Below the pieces are notes generated by a model. That model was not told the DNA's origin. It saw only the letters and a list, made by a program, of their open reading frames with translations, and ran no database searches. This document shows, piece after piece, positions 45,545 through 55,205 of a stretch of DNA of 64,000 bases (position 1 is its first letter; each line of letters starts with the position of its first letter). The position numbers and the translations under genes were made by a program. The DNA is from Nitrososphaerota archaeon (GTDB lineage: Archaea > Thermoproteota > Nitrososphaeria > Nitrososphaerales > Gagatemarchaeaceae), in NCBI GenBank assembly GCA_027886975.1, contig JAPCJK010000001.1, positions 12,892 to 76,891 of the forward strand, given 5' to 3'.

Positions 45545-47590
45545 CTAGACCTCCACCACGAGGTTCCCGTACCTGTCGATGGTCATGAGGTTTCCTTTCT
45601 TGAGTATTGTCGTGGCCGTCGGCTCTTCGATGATGGCCGGCCCTTGTATCTTCGCTCCCACCGGGATCGAATCTCTGGAATAGACAGGGACGCGTTTAAA
45701 CCCTGATTCGTCAAGGTACACTGACCTCATCCTGGACTGTTTCGCCCTGGCCCTCCTCGGCGCCCTACTGGGCCTGAGAGGCTGCTTCTTCACCTTCCCG
45801 AAGGCAACCACGCGAATATTCACGACCTCGGTAGGGTCATTCAGGTTGAACGTGTAGGCCTTGAAATGGAGGTCGTGGAAGCGCCGGCGAATTAGGGCGA
45901 GTGAATCGGCCGATTTCACGCCCATTGGGACTGGTGTGGGAATTGTGTGCTCTTGCCCCAGGTAGCGTATGTCGAAGAATCCCTCGTACCTCATCTCACT
46001 TGCTTTGATTCCTTCGGACTCGAGCTGCTTTGTGCCTTCCTTCTTCATCTCATCGAGTGTCCCTTGAAGCTCACCGAGATTGCTCGACTCCAGGCCCACG
46101 ACCTTAGTGCGAATGTAGTCATGCCGGAGGTCTGTCATGAGCATCCCCCAGGCTGAAAAGACGCCTGGAACCTTTGGGACCACGACTTTTTTGATGCCGA
46201 GCTCTTGAGCGAGTGCAACAGCGAACATGGGGCCCCCTCCGCCGAAGGCCACCATCGCGAAGTCTCTCGGGTCGTAGCCCCTGCGCACAGACACCAGCTT
46301 AATCGCGTTCACCATGTTGGCAGTCGCAATTTCGATGGCGCCGATCGCCGCGTCGATCGCTTTCATGTGCATCTTTCCGCCAACCTCGCGGTAGGCCTTC
46401 TCCGCAAGCTCAGGCCTCAGTTTGATTTCGCCTCCAAGGAAGTAGTTCGGGTCTATCACACCCGTCAGGACGAAGGCGTCGGTGAGTGTCGGGTCTGTGC
46501 CCCCCTTGTTTTGGCATGCAGGACCAGGGTCTGCGCCTGCGCTCTGAGGCCCTACCTTCAACGAACCAAGCTCGTCGACCCATGCGATGCTCCCCCCGCC
46601 TGCGCCGATCTCGACGATGTCCACGACAGGGGCCTTCACCGGGTAGCCGGAGAAGAACTGGTTTCTGCCGATGAAGTATTCGGTGTTTATCTTCATCCTG
46701 CCGGAATCGATCAGCGAGGTCTTGGCCGTTGTCCCGCCGACGTCAAGCGTGATTACGTCAGCCCCGATTGCCTTGCCAATGGCCTGCGCCCCTATGACCC
46801 CGCCAATCGGGCCTGACTCGACCTGGTAGATCGGGGTCTTCCTTCCCTGCTCGAAAGTAGCTACCCCGCCGTTGCTCTGCATCACGTGAGCTCCTATTTT
46901 TGCCCCCAGCCTCCTGAGTTCGAGTTCGAGTGTGGTGAGGTACTGGTGAACCTTGGGCTGGACGAAAGCATTCAGAACGGTGGTGTTCACCCGTTCGTAC
47001 TCCCGCCACTCTCTAGAGAGTTCGTGAGACATGGAGATGTACGGCGTCTTGACCTTGTTCTTGAGAATCTCATAGCACTCCAGCTCGTGCTTCGGGTTGG
47101 CGTAGGCGTTGTAGAATGCAATTGCTATCGCTTCGGCTTTGTTTCGGTTGCAAGCTTCCGCAACCTTCAACACGTCGTCCTTGATCAAAGGCCGCATCTC
47201 CTCTCCTTTGTAGCTCGTTCGCTCGTCGACCTCGTATCTGAAACGCCTGGGGACAAACGGTTTTGGTTTTTCGTATCTGAAGTTGTAAATGTCGGTCCTG
47301 TTCGACCTTCCTATCTCGAGGACGTCCCGGAATCCCTTGGTTGTGACTAGGATTGTCTTCGCGCCCTTTCTTTCCGTCAACGCGTTTATCACCATGGTGG
47401 AACCCGTCCCGATGAACCTGTTCATTTCACCCCCCGGTATTCCGCTCTTTCGTACGACGTTGATGACCCCGGCCGCGTAGTTCTCGGGTGTGGTGGAGTC
47501 CTTCACGAATGCGTACTCACCGGTGGCCTCATTGAGGGCGCACAGGTCAGTAAAGGTGCCACCTACATCAATGGCTACCCTGACTGGCAA
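45545..47590 (-). CDS. hyuA: Hydantoinase A / oxoprolinase family protein (ATP-binding)
   Basis: DVGGTFTD, REYER, MQSNGG, ESGP, DVGGTT, GAGGGS, SAGADPGPAC, FGGGG. Confidence 0.95.
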   Translation of the reverse strand: MPVRVAIDVGGTFTDLCALNEATGEYAFVKDSTTPENYAAGVINVVRKSGIPGGEMNRFIGTGSTMVINALTERKGAKTILVTTKGFRDVLEIGRSNRTDIYNFRYEKPKPFVPRRFRYEVDERTSYKGEEMRPLIKDDVLKVAEACNRNKAEAIAIAFYNAYANPKHELECYEILKNKVKTPYISMSHELSREWREYERVNTTVLNAFVQPKVHQYLTTLELELRRLGAKIGAHVMQSNGGVATFEQGRKTPIYQVESGPIGGVIGAQAIGKAIGADVITLDVGGTTAKTSLIDSGRMKINTEYFIGRNQFFSGYPVKAPVVDIVEIGAGGGSIAWVDELGSLKVGPQSAGADPGPACQNKGGTDPTLTDAFVLTGVIDPNYFLGGEIKLRPELAEKAYREVGGKMHMKAIDAAIGAIEIATANMVNAIKLVSVRRGYDPRDFAMVAFGGGGPMFAVALAQELGIKKVVVPKVPGVFSAWGMLMTDLRHDYIRTKVVGLESSNLGELQGTLDEMKKEGTKQLESEGIKASEMRYEGFFDIRYLGQEHTIPTPVPMGVKSADSLALIRRRFHDLHFKAYTFNLNDPTEVVNIRVVAFGKVKKQPLRPSRAPRRARAKQSRMRSVYLDESGFKRVPVYSRDSIPVGAKIQGPAIIEEPTATTILKKGNLMTIDRYGNLVVEV

Positions 47591-47655
47591 GTTACAAGCA
47601 CGCTCTGCGCCTTATGGTATTAATAAGAATCCTGCCGCGGACTCGGGCAACGACA

Positions 47656-48000
47656 TTGGTGGACAAGACAAGGTACGCCAGGATTATCACGATGAAAGCC
47701 AAGCCGGGAAAAGGAGATGAATTCGTCAGGACATTTAGGGATCGAGTGGCTCCCACAGGCGTCGAACTGGAAGGCATTAGAAGGATGTACCTCCTTCGCG
47801 CAGTAGGAAAGAATGACGAGTTTGTCGTTGTCTCCCTTTGGGATGGGGAGGAGGCTGCAGAGAAGTACGCTAAGAGTGGGAACAACAAGCGATATGGTGC
47901 GATCTTAGCCAGCGTGCAGGAAGGGAAGGAAAGAGTGAGGAAATTCCATGTTGAATTGCACTCCGTGGGCAAAACGACCCGCCGCCGCAAGAAAGATTAA
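47656..48000 (+). CDS. Antibiotic biosynthesis monooxygenase (ABM)-like protein
   Basis: KAKPGKGDEF and FVVVSLWD.EEA; divergent from hyuA across TATTAATAA. Confidence 0.75.
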   Translation: MVDKTRYARIITMKAKPGKGDEFVRTFRDRVAPTGVELEGIRRMYLLRAVGKNDEFVVVSLWDGEEAAEKYAKSGNNKRYGAILASVQEGKERVRKFHVELHSVGKTTRRRKKD

Positions 48001-48027
48001 GAAATCAGACTAGAGAAATCAAGAGTC

Positions 48028-49344
48028 TTGCCAGCCCAGTACGACATAGTCATCGTCGGAGCTGGAATAATGGGGGTGGCGTCGGCTTACCACCTGAAGA
48101 AGAACAACCCCGGCATCAAAGTCCTAGTGGTTGAAAGATACGGCGCGGCCGGCCAGGGCAATACGGGGAGAAGCAACGCGATGTTCAGGAATACTTTCTC
48201 CTCTTCAGACAACCAGATTCTATCGAATAGTTCCATAGATTTCTACACCCACGTGCAAGAAGAGCTGAAGGTCGACATAGGCCTCCAGAAGATTGGCTAC
48301 GAATGGCTGATGAACGAGAAGCAGCTCTCCAGAAGCGAGCCTTTCCTCGAGGGGATGGAGAAGAACGGAGTAGAAATCACAAGACATGGGAAGGATGACC
48401 TCAGACGACTCCTCCCGAGCATGGTAACCGAGTTTGGTTCGAGCAGCGAAGCTGCTTTGATGGAACTCCCTTCAGTCGATGGCGGCGTCTTCGGACCCAA
48501 GTGCGGCCGGCTCGACCCTGACAAGCTCGTGAGGTTCTACGCTGGAGAATTCATCAAGGCTGGAGGCGAATTCGCCTTCAACACCGAAGCAAGGGCCCTG
48601 GTCGTCGGGCCTTCGAAGCGGCTGGGCATCGAAGGCGAACCCCTTGTCTGGCAGGACTTCAAGGTCGAGGGAGTCTCTGCCCGCGGTGCGATTGATGGAA
48701 TAATCCGCGCTGAAACAATTGTGCTCGCGGGAGGTGCGTGGGAAAACGAACTGCTTGAGCCAATTGGGATCGAGTGCCACGCGAAGTCGAAGAAAAGACA
48801 GCTATTCAGCATTCAGGCGGAGGGAAGAAAGCTTGAGGGACTGCTCCGCTCGGACGGCTTCAACCCCCAAGGCCTCTTGCCACTCGTCATTTTGCCAAAG
48901 TCAGGGGTGCACTTCAAGCCTGTGAGCGAGGAGAACGCATTCTGGGTCGCCTGCGAGGACGAAGTGAACCGTCCATTCATCGACCTACCGGAACATGACC
49001 TTGACAGATATACAGCAGAAAGAAAATATTACGAAAGAAGTGTCTATCCGATTCTGGTTTCCTACTTCCCGGAGTTCAAGGACTCGCGGGTAAAGGCAAT
49101 GTGGGCGGGGCTCTATTCGTACAATACAATTGACAACCTACCGTTCGTGTTCAGGGAAAAGAACCTGATCGTAGTTGGTGGTGACAGCGGGAGCGGCATA
49201 ATGAAAGGAGATTCCCTAGGAAGGGTTGTCAACTCTCTGTACCGTGAGGAAGGGGAGACGACACTTTACGGAGGAATTCCGTACCGTACCTCTAAACTAA
49301 GCTTTGAAAGAAGAGATGTGGAAAGGGAGGAGTGGGTCATCTGA
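48028..49344 (+). CDS. FAD-dependent oxidoreductase (DAO / sarcosine oxidase beta-like)
   Basis: IVGAGIMG, GNTGRSNA, VLAGGAW, WAGLY, SGSGIMKGD. Confidence 0.9.
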   Translation: MPAQYDIVIVGAGIMGVASAYHLKKNNPGIKVLVVERYGAAGQGNTGRSNAMFRNTFSSSDNQILSNSSIDFYTHVQEELKVDIGLQKIGYEWLMNEKQLSRSEPFLEGMEKNGVEITRHGKDDLRRLLPSMVTEFGSSSEAALMELPSVDGGVFGPKCGRLDPDKLVRFYAGEFIKAGGEFAFNTEARALVVGPSKRLGIEGEPLVWQDFKVEGVSARGAIDGIIRAETIVLAGGAWENELLEPIGIECHAKSKKRQLFSIQAEGRKLEGLLRSDGFNPQGLLPLVILPKSGVHFKPVSEENAFWVACEDEVNRPFIDLPEHDLDRYTAERKYYERSVYPILVSYFPEFKDSRVKAMWAGLYSYNTIDNLPFVFREKNLIVVGGDSGSGIMKGDSLGRVVNSLYREEGETTLYGGIPYRTSKLSFERRDVEREEWVI

Positions 49345-49356
49345 ATTCATTTAGTT

Positions 49357-49806
49357 TCAAGTAACCCTTATTTCGAAATCTCCCCCTATTGTTTGCTTTG
49401 GGAAAATCTGCCAAATCTCTTTGGGGACTCGGTCTTCAAACAGTTCATCAGCCCTCCATTTGGAGGAATGAGCAATCAAACGCGCGATGATGGGAACGGT
49501 GTCCTTTCCTTTCTCGGTCAAAGCCCAAATCGGTCGGCGTCTTGAATTCCGAGAGATTCTCTTAACGTAGCCCGCCCTTTCGAGCTGCTTCAAGCGTTTT
49601 GCTAGAACGCTCGGAGTCACTTCAGGTATGTAGGTGCGCATTTGGTTGAAGCGGTTGACGTTCATGAATCCCATCGTGTATAGGATGAGCATTGTCCACT
49701 TCTTGCCGAGAACATCCAAGCTTGACCTGACCGGACACCCAAGATAGACCACCATGGGCTTGAGCGACTTTCTGAAGGGGAGCATACGCGAGTCGACTCC
49801 CTGCAT
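49357..49806 (-). CDS. HxlR family winged-helix regulator
   Basis: CPVRSSLDVLGKKW, RFNQM, LAKRLKQLE, LTEKG; start uncertain (49806 or 49824). Confidence 0.88.
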   Translation of the reverse strand: MQGVDSRMLPFRKSLKPMVVYLGCPVRSSLDVLGKKWTMLILYTMGFMNVNRFNQMRTYIPEVTPSVLAKRLKQLERAGYVKRISRNSRRRPIWALTEKGKDTVPIIARLIAHSSKWRADELFEDRVPKEIWQIFPKQTIGGDFEIRVT

Positions 49807-49901
49807 GATCCGACCAGAGGTCATTGCGATATTTAGCCTTCGGGGAAGTATCCGTTCTGACACTTGTTGGAATAAATACCGTGGCATGCACAACCTCTTG
49901 C

Positions 49902-50294
49902 ATGAAGCCCTTTGCCAAACGCATTTGGACTGTGTCGATACCCGTTTCGAACTTCGACAAGTCTCTTGCGTTCTACAGAGACCAGTTGGGACTGAAGGTA
50001 CAGCTCGATGGCCGAATGTTCAATTGGATGGAACTGGGCCCCGACGAACCGCTTTGCAAGATTGGACTCTACGAATGGAAAGAAGGAATTCCGAGGGGTT
50101 ACCCGATAATCACAGGTATCACGCTTGATACCGACGACATTCAAGCCCTCCATGCGAGCCTGAGCAAGGGAGGGACTCGCTTCCCGAACTTACCAAAGCA
50201 ACAGCCTTGGGGAGGGTGGTCAGCGGATTTCCTTGATCCTGATGGCAATTCGCTGAATGTTGTTCAGGACCCGCAACATTACAATCGACAATAG
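49902..50294 (+). CDS. VOC/glyoxalase family protein
   Basis: VSIPVSNFDKSLAFYRDQLGL, QPWGG..ADFLDPDGN; AATAAATA upstream. Confidence 0.9.
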   Translation: MKPFAKRIWTVSIPVSNFDKSLAFYRDQLGLKVQLDGRMFNWMELGPDEPLCKIGLYEWKEGIPRGYPIITGITLDTDDIQALHASLSKGGTRFPNLPKQQPWGGWSADFLDPDGNSLNVVQDPQHYNRQ

Positions 50295-50489
50295 TGAGTA
50301 GGAAAAGCTTGCCGAAGAATTGCGCTCATCGAGACTGAACCCGGATCGTCATCATTGAGGATTGACCTCCCACCGGCCTTGGGTCTAGATTCTAAGTCGC
50401 TTGGGGCGTCTAATGGCGAATGAATCATCCCCGCATTTGCGCAAGGTTGGCCAAACAGCCTTAACTATCCCTGAGGGTCCGGCAGGCAA

Positions 50490-50669
50490 ATGCCTCGAAT
50501 CGAAATCTACGAAGGCTCTCAGAAGATCGCAGACGTTGGACTCCCCGAGAAGAAATTCAGCACAGGCTCGGTCGGCTTCTGGGCCACCCAGAAGCTGGAA
50601 ATCAATGGGAAGAGATACCAGGGTCAGTTCCAGTTGGTTGAAATCGGGTCCAAAGAGAAGAAAGAGTAG
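50490..50669 (+). CDS. Small beta-rich protein, 59 aa (not in ORF track)
   Basis: MPRIEIYEGSQKIADVGLPEKKFSTGSVGFWATQKLEINGKRYQGQFQLVEIGSKEKKE*; TTAACTA 22 nt upstream. Confidence 0.8.
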   Translation: MPRIEIYEGSQKIADVGLPEKKFSTGSVGFWATQKLEINGKRYQGQFQLVEIGSKEKKE

Positions 50670-50700
50670 CTAAGTCACTACCGGCGGACTTGGCAAAAGG

Positions 50701-51333
50701 CTACAGTACAAAGGAGTATATGGCACTCACGGCAACAAATCCCACCAGAGCTGCCCCAGCGTAAAGGGTCGGCGACCCAAAAGGATTCGTTCGCCGGAAT
50801 CCGAAGAATGAATTGGCGTTAGTGACATGGAAAACGAAGCCAACGGTCAAGACGGCCAGAAGCGAGGACGACCCCACAAAGAAGACTGCAAACGCAACAA
50901 AAACGAAAAGTTCTACAAAGAAAGCTATCGCTCCCTTCTTCCAGAGTCCAAGTCCAACCCTTCTGTCTCCGTTGAAGCCAAGGACAGGGAGGTCGCGCAG
51001 GTGGACCACTGTATCTAGTAGCCAATGCGAAGCTGAACCTGCGACGAAGACAGTGAGCACCGTTAGATTCTGAAGCCCTGCAGCCAGCACTGCGCCTACC
51101 ACCAAAGAAATGAGGCCGGTAAGCAACAGGGAATGAGAGTATGGGAACTTCTTGAAGACTATCGAGCTCTGCAGCGAGTTGTTCTTTTCGACGACCACCA
51201 CCTCTTTCTTGGCCCAGATGAGAATCGCCCATAGCAGGTCAGGAAAACTTACAGCGACAAGTGGTACCCAGACAGGGACGTGGGGGAATAGGACGACTAG
51301 AAGGAAGGCTATGGCGAAGTGCCCAATGAACAA
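50701..51333 (-). CDS. Membrane-bound metal-dependent hydrolase-like protein
   Basis: MFIGH, PDLLW, PYSHSL, SHWLLD.VVH..DLP. Confidence 0.8.
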   Translation of the reverse strand: MFIGHFAIAFLLVVLFPHVPVWVPLVAVSFPDLLWAILIWAKKEVVVVEKNNSLQSSIVFKKFPYSHSLLLTGLISLVVGAVLAAGLQNLTVLTVFVAGSASHWLLDTVVHLRDLPVLGFNGDRRVGLGLWKKGAIAFFVELFVFVAFAVFFVGSSSLLAVLTVGFVFHVTNANSFFGFRRTNPFGSPTLYAGAALVGFVAVSAIYSFVL

Positions 51334-51339
51334 CGCAGC

Positions 51340-51786
51340 CTACTTTCCGCTCGCTGCCGCCTCGGTTGCTTTGGCGCGGAGATCAGCGAACTCCTGACGA
51401 CCAAAGGCGGTTCCTGATAGGCCCCAGCCGCCTTCGGCTGCTTCAGTTAGCAGAACCCAGGTCCGGCTGACTTGAGTCGGGTCGCCGGAAATCCTGGCGA
51501 CGATTTCGGTGACCTCTTTGACGAGTTGCCTCTGGCCCTCGCGATTCAATGCTCCTGGGGGCGTTATGACCTGAACGCGCACCGTGCGAGCAGAGTCTCT
51601 GGCCGCTGTGTGAACTGCATGCGGGTCCATTCGGTGGATATACGCGGCCGTATTGTTCAGGTGGAAGGGACCAGGGTTTGCCACGCCCTCGGCGCGGAGG
51701 ACCGCCATGGTGAGCTCATGGCCCAGCTGACCGTCGGCGCCTGCTGGGAAAAGGTCCGCCGCTGCGTAGACATCGATCATGGGCAT
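51340..51786 (-). CDS. Tautomerase (4-OT/MIF-like) family protein
   Basis: Catalytic Pro-1 start MPMIDVY; RVQVITPPGAL, TWVLLTEAAEGGWG. Confidence 0.85.
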   Translation of the reverse strand: MPMIDVYAAADLFPAGADGQLGHELTMAVLRAEGVANPGPFHLNNTAAYIHRMDPHAVHTAARDSARTVRVQVITPPGALNREGQRQLVKEVTEIVARISGDPTQVSRTWVLLTEAAEGGWGLSGTAFGRQEFADLRAKATEAAASGK

Positions 51787-51855
51787 GGTAGAACAGTCAG
51801 CCGATTGTGATGAGATGGCTAAATAGCTTGTTGCCTCAGAGGCCACCAAAGAAGA

Positions 51856-52515
51856 ATGCAGCAAGTGGAAAGGAGACCGAGGCCCAGGATAGAGACGTTA
51901 GCAGACCTGATTTTCGGCGTGTCGCTTGGGATTGGCTCCCTTGTTCTCATTGGAAATTCCCCTGCCTCGTCCGGCGAGATTAACGGCCACATCGCTGCCT
52001 TCGGCTTTACATTCCTAATCATCATCACTGCGTGGATAATCTACACGACGGACATGTCGGTCCTCCCGGTCGAGACGAGGGCGGTCACCTTCCTGAACGT
52101 CGTGCTGCTTCTACTTGTCGCTCTGGTCCCGTATCTCCTCAACGGAGTCGAACTAGTCAACACATCACTGAGCGCCTCTGAATCCTCGGCCATCAGGGAT
52201 TATTTTTCGACCCTTTTCGCAGCCGACCTTGCCGGAATCCTGTTCATCCTTGCGACCTTCGCTCATGTCATTAGCAAAGAAGAGAAGAGGTTGGTCGCCC
52301 CGGAGTTTGCAGCGCTCTTTCGGAACGGGAGGAACAGGATGTTCGTCCTGGGCATAATCATGGCCATCACCGTCTTGCCAATCTTCTGGCAGCTGACATG
52401 GTTTGGGATCCCTTTGCGGACGTACGCCTGGTACCTTCCCCTGATCTCGTACTGGGTCGGAAGAGCCGTAAGGCCTGACAGCAGGACCTACAAGGTCTCA
52501 CAAGACGTGCCGTAG
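51856..52515 (+). CDS. TMEM175 / DUF1211-like membrane protein
   Basis: RIETLADLIFGVSL resembles R.EAFSD.VFAIA; FLNVVLLLLVALVPY; six TM segments. Confidence 0.7.
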   Translation: MQQVERRPRPRIETLADLIFGVSLGIGSLVLIGNSPASSGEINGHIAAFGFTFLIIITAWIIYTTDMSVLPVETRAVTFLNVVLLLLVALVPYLLNGVELVNTSLSASESSAIRDYFSTLFAADLAGILFILATFAHVISKEEKRLVAPEFAALFRNGRNRMFVLGIIMAITVLPIFWQLTWFGIPLRTYAWYLPLISYWVGRAVRPDSRTYKVSQDVP

Positions 52516-52518
52516 AAA

Positions 52519-53007
52519 TTAGATTGGCTGTCCGCAATTCCCGCAGAACTTATGGCCCGGGACCAGCGCCGAACCACATTTCCTACATGATAATGCCGAA
52601 AATCCGGGCGAGGGGGCAGGCTGCCAAGTTGGGGTGGGCCTTGGAGCCGTAGCGGTGAATGGTGTCTGATACCTGACGAGATTCTCTCTGATGGTTCCGT
52701 AGGCTTTCTGAGCATCGGAGTTGGGCAGGTCGTCAAGCAGGAGAGGCTCGCCTTTGAACCTCAAGGTGCACGTGAGAGCAGAGCGTAGGATTCCCTTTTT
52801 CAGGACCACGTTCGCAACGTCTTGGTAACTGTAGTCAGTATAGTCTTTTTTCATGCCGAGGGCGTGGGGGTGCCTAAGGATTATCCTCTCGTTGGTAATG
52901 ACTATGGAATCGACATTAATCCGGGGGTGATAGATTTTCTCCTTGATGAAGAGCTGAATCTGCTCGTTCGGCCCCAAGATGCTCTTCAGGTCCTTAGGTG
53001 TTTCCAA
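52519..53007 (-). CDS. Bacterial PH domain protein with C-terminal zinc ribbon
   Basis: IVITNERII, YSYQDVANV..KKGIL; CRKCG...FCGNCG. Confidence 0.85.
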   Translation of the reverse strand: METPKDLKSILGPNEQIQLFIKEKIYHPRINVDSIVITNERIILRHPHALGMKKDYTDYSYQDVANVVLKKGILRSALTCTLRFKGEPLLLDDLPNSDAQKAYGTIRENLVRYQTPFTATAPRPTPTWQPAPSPGFSALSCRKCGSALVPGHKFCGNCGQPI

Positions 53008-53120
53008 GTTCCCGTCTTCTCTTCAACGGGTTGTATTTGACTAGTATCAAGCACAGATATGTATCAGAAATCGGGTTTTGCATTTGTTCCTTTTCCCTGA
53101 GATATCTTGAGTTCATCCGG

Positions 53121-54002
53121 CTAATTGCAGAAAGTGTCGAGAGATGGAAAATCGTTTCTTTTCGGCTTCCACTCAGTTGAGCCGTCGGTAGATTCCAGCC
53201 CGTATCGCTTCACTAAGTCTGACAGCCTCGCTACAACGTCGTCTCGCCCGACGAGTGCCTCGGCTGTGCTCATCCGCGCGGCTTCTTCGAACATCTTCTT
53301 CGATTCCTCATACCCGGTGAACCTCAGGATGCCGAACGAGACAGACGAAACGCCTGCGTCGCTCAGGTCTTCGAAGAGCTGGTCGAGGTCGACCATCATG
53401 ATCCCGGGGATCACCGGCGCCAGCGAGACCCAGGTCCGTATCCCCGCTTCGGCCAACTTCCTCAGGGTGACTATTCTCCTCTCAAGCGGAGGGACTCCCG
53501 GTTCAAACTGCCTGACCGGGACGGTCGTTATTGACATCCCTACCTTGACCCAGTCGAACTTCCTGAGCAACTCCAGATCCCTGAGGACCAGCGGTGACCT
53601 TGTCAGGATGGAGACCGGAAAGCCGTTCCTAAGGAGTGATTCGAGGCACCGTCGGGTGATACCATACTTCGCCTCGACCGGCTGATAGGGGTCTGACGCG
53701 CTCGAGAGGAACACCTGGTCTTTCCTTATTCCTCTAAGTTCCCTTTCGAGGACTTCGGGGGCATTGACCTTCACATCGACGTATCTCCCCCACTTTCTCT
53801 CGTCGTGGGTCAGTGAAGGGGCGTAGCAGTACGCGCACCCATGGATGCATCCCTTGTACAGGTTGGCCGTGTACCCGGTTGACGATCCGAACTCCAGCCG
53901 GTGGAGGAGGGTGGTGCACCTGGTCTCTCTGATTGAAATCCCGTTTCCATCTGAATCCGGCAGTGTCGACGGAGGTTGGATTGAGATAAGCGTCATGCGC
54001 AT
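53121..54002 (-). CDS. Radical SAM protein (SplB / Rv2578c-like)
   Basis: NLYKGCIHGCAYCYA (CxxxCxxC), SDPYQPVE, ILTRSPLVLRD, FEPG, APVIPG. Confidence 0.92.
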   Translation of the reverse strand: MRMTLISIQPPSTLPDSDGNGISIRETRCTTLLHRLEFGSSTGYTANLYKGCIHGCAYCYAPSLTHDERKWGRYVDVKVNAPEVLERELRGIRKDQVFLSSASDPYQPVEAKYGITRRCLESLLRNGFPVSILTRSPLVLRDLELLRKFDWVKVGMSITTVPVRQFEPGVPPLERRIVTLRKLAEAGIRTWVSLAPVIPGIMMVDLDQLFEDLSDAGVSSVSFGILRFTGYEESKKMFEEAARMSTAEALVGRDDVVARLSDLVKRYGLESTDGSTEWKPKRNDFPSLDTFCN

Positions 54003-54359
54003 TTGGTTCAATGCCCGCAGGAATATTAGCAGTAGGTGCGAGGAGCATCGGTCCAGGACAGAGTAGCCTGAAAGTATTCCCAAGCTGCGGCGATTTGCCG
54101 TAGGTTAGTTTGGAACTAGCTTGTTTGAGTAACGGAAACGTAAGAAGTCGTACCACTACCCCAATTCCGCGACATGGTCATGGGCATGGTCGCTGTAGTT
54201 ACAGCACCAGGATATTCTGGGAGAAAACTGATAGGGTTGTCCGTCGCGGTGTTGACGCCATTCGTGGGACCACTGCAGCTCAGCGGCACCGTGGCGCTTC
54301 CTGGAGCCAGCGTGGGCGACCTAACTAGGTTCGAGATCGAAAAACGGCAATAAACCGCT

Positions 54360-55205
54360 TCATGCCTTGCGGACATTGGTGACCAAGGCCACGGCCAGCA
54401 GGAGCAGCGCCCCACCTGCGACTGTGAATATGGTTACACCTTCGTTCAGGAGCAAGACTCCGCCGACCACGCTGACGATTGGGGCCAGATACAGTTGTAC
54501 TGAGAGCCTTGAGACCGCTCCTCTGCTGACTAGTGTGTAGTAAATCAGGTACCCAAGGACAGTACTAAGAATAGAGAGGTAGAGGACGGAAATCCATCCG
54601 TAGAACGAAAGCACACCCACCTGAGATACAAAACTCGTGGAGAGCAGAGGAACGAGCATCACAGTCCCTAGCAACCCTGCCCAGATTGTTATCGGGGGTG
54701 CTCCATACTTGTGAACGAGAGGCTTGGCGAGGACAGTGAACATAGCATAGAACAAGGCGCTGAGGACGACCTCGGCCGGTCCGATGAAAGAAGACAGGTC
54801 GGAGAGGCTCACCTGGCCGACCGAGAGGACGAGAGTCCCGACAACGGCGAGGAAGAGTGCAAACACGACCTTGGCTCCGGCACGTTCGTGCAGGAGCAGT
54901 GCGGAGAGGATCACTACGAAGACCGGTGCGAAGGATATGAGGAGACCCGCTAGGCCGGCCGAAACGGTCGTTTCCGCGTAGTACAGCGCGAGATGGTAAC
55001 CGACAACGTTCGCGAAAGCGATCACAAGCAGTCGCGGAAGGTCCCCCCTCTCGAGCCTGGTCTTCGGTTTACCTATGACAGGGATTAGAACGAGAAAACA
55101 CGCGCCCGCAACGAACCATCGCAGCAGAGCGAGGTTCACCGGCGACAGCTCAAAGGTGGCTTGTTTGATCGCCACGAATGCGAGGCCCCAGATGACGCTT
55201 AGCAC
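54360..55205 (-). CDS. EamA/DMT family transporter
   Basis: IWGLAF, LLHER, LLLNE; about 10 TM segments. The true start probably lies further upstream at a non-canonical codon. Confidence 0.92.
   Translation of the reverse strand: MLSVIWGLAFVAIKQATFELSPVNLALLRWFVAGACFLVLIPVIGKPKTRLERGDLPRLLVIAFANVVGYHLALYYAETTVSAGLAGLLISFAPVFVVILSALLLHERAGAKVVFALFLAVVGTLVLSVGQVSLSDLSSFIGPAEVVLSALFYAMFTVLAKPLVHKYGAPPITIWAGLLGTVMLVPLLSTSFVSQVGVLSFYGWISVLYLSILSTVLGYLIYYTLVSRGAVSRLSVQLYLAPIVSVVGGVLLLNEGVTIFTVAGGALLLLAVALVTNVRKA

Noticed and set aside
50401..50673. Tracked 90-aa ORF
   Set aside because: The overlapping frame 50490-50669 has better protein-like composition and a positioned TATA-like box.
54116..54415. 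S/T/P-rich minus-strand ORF between the radical SAM and EamA genes
   Set aside because: Its start overlaps EamA and it has no signal peptide or motif; it may be a remnant but is not supportable.
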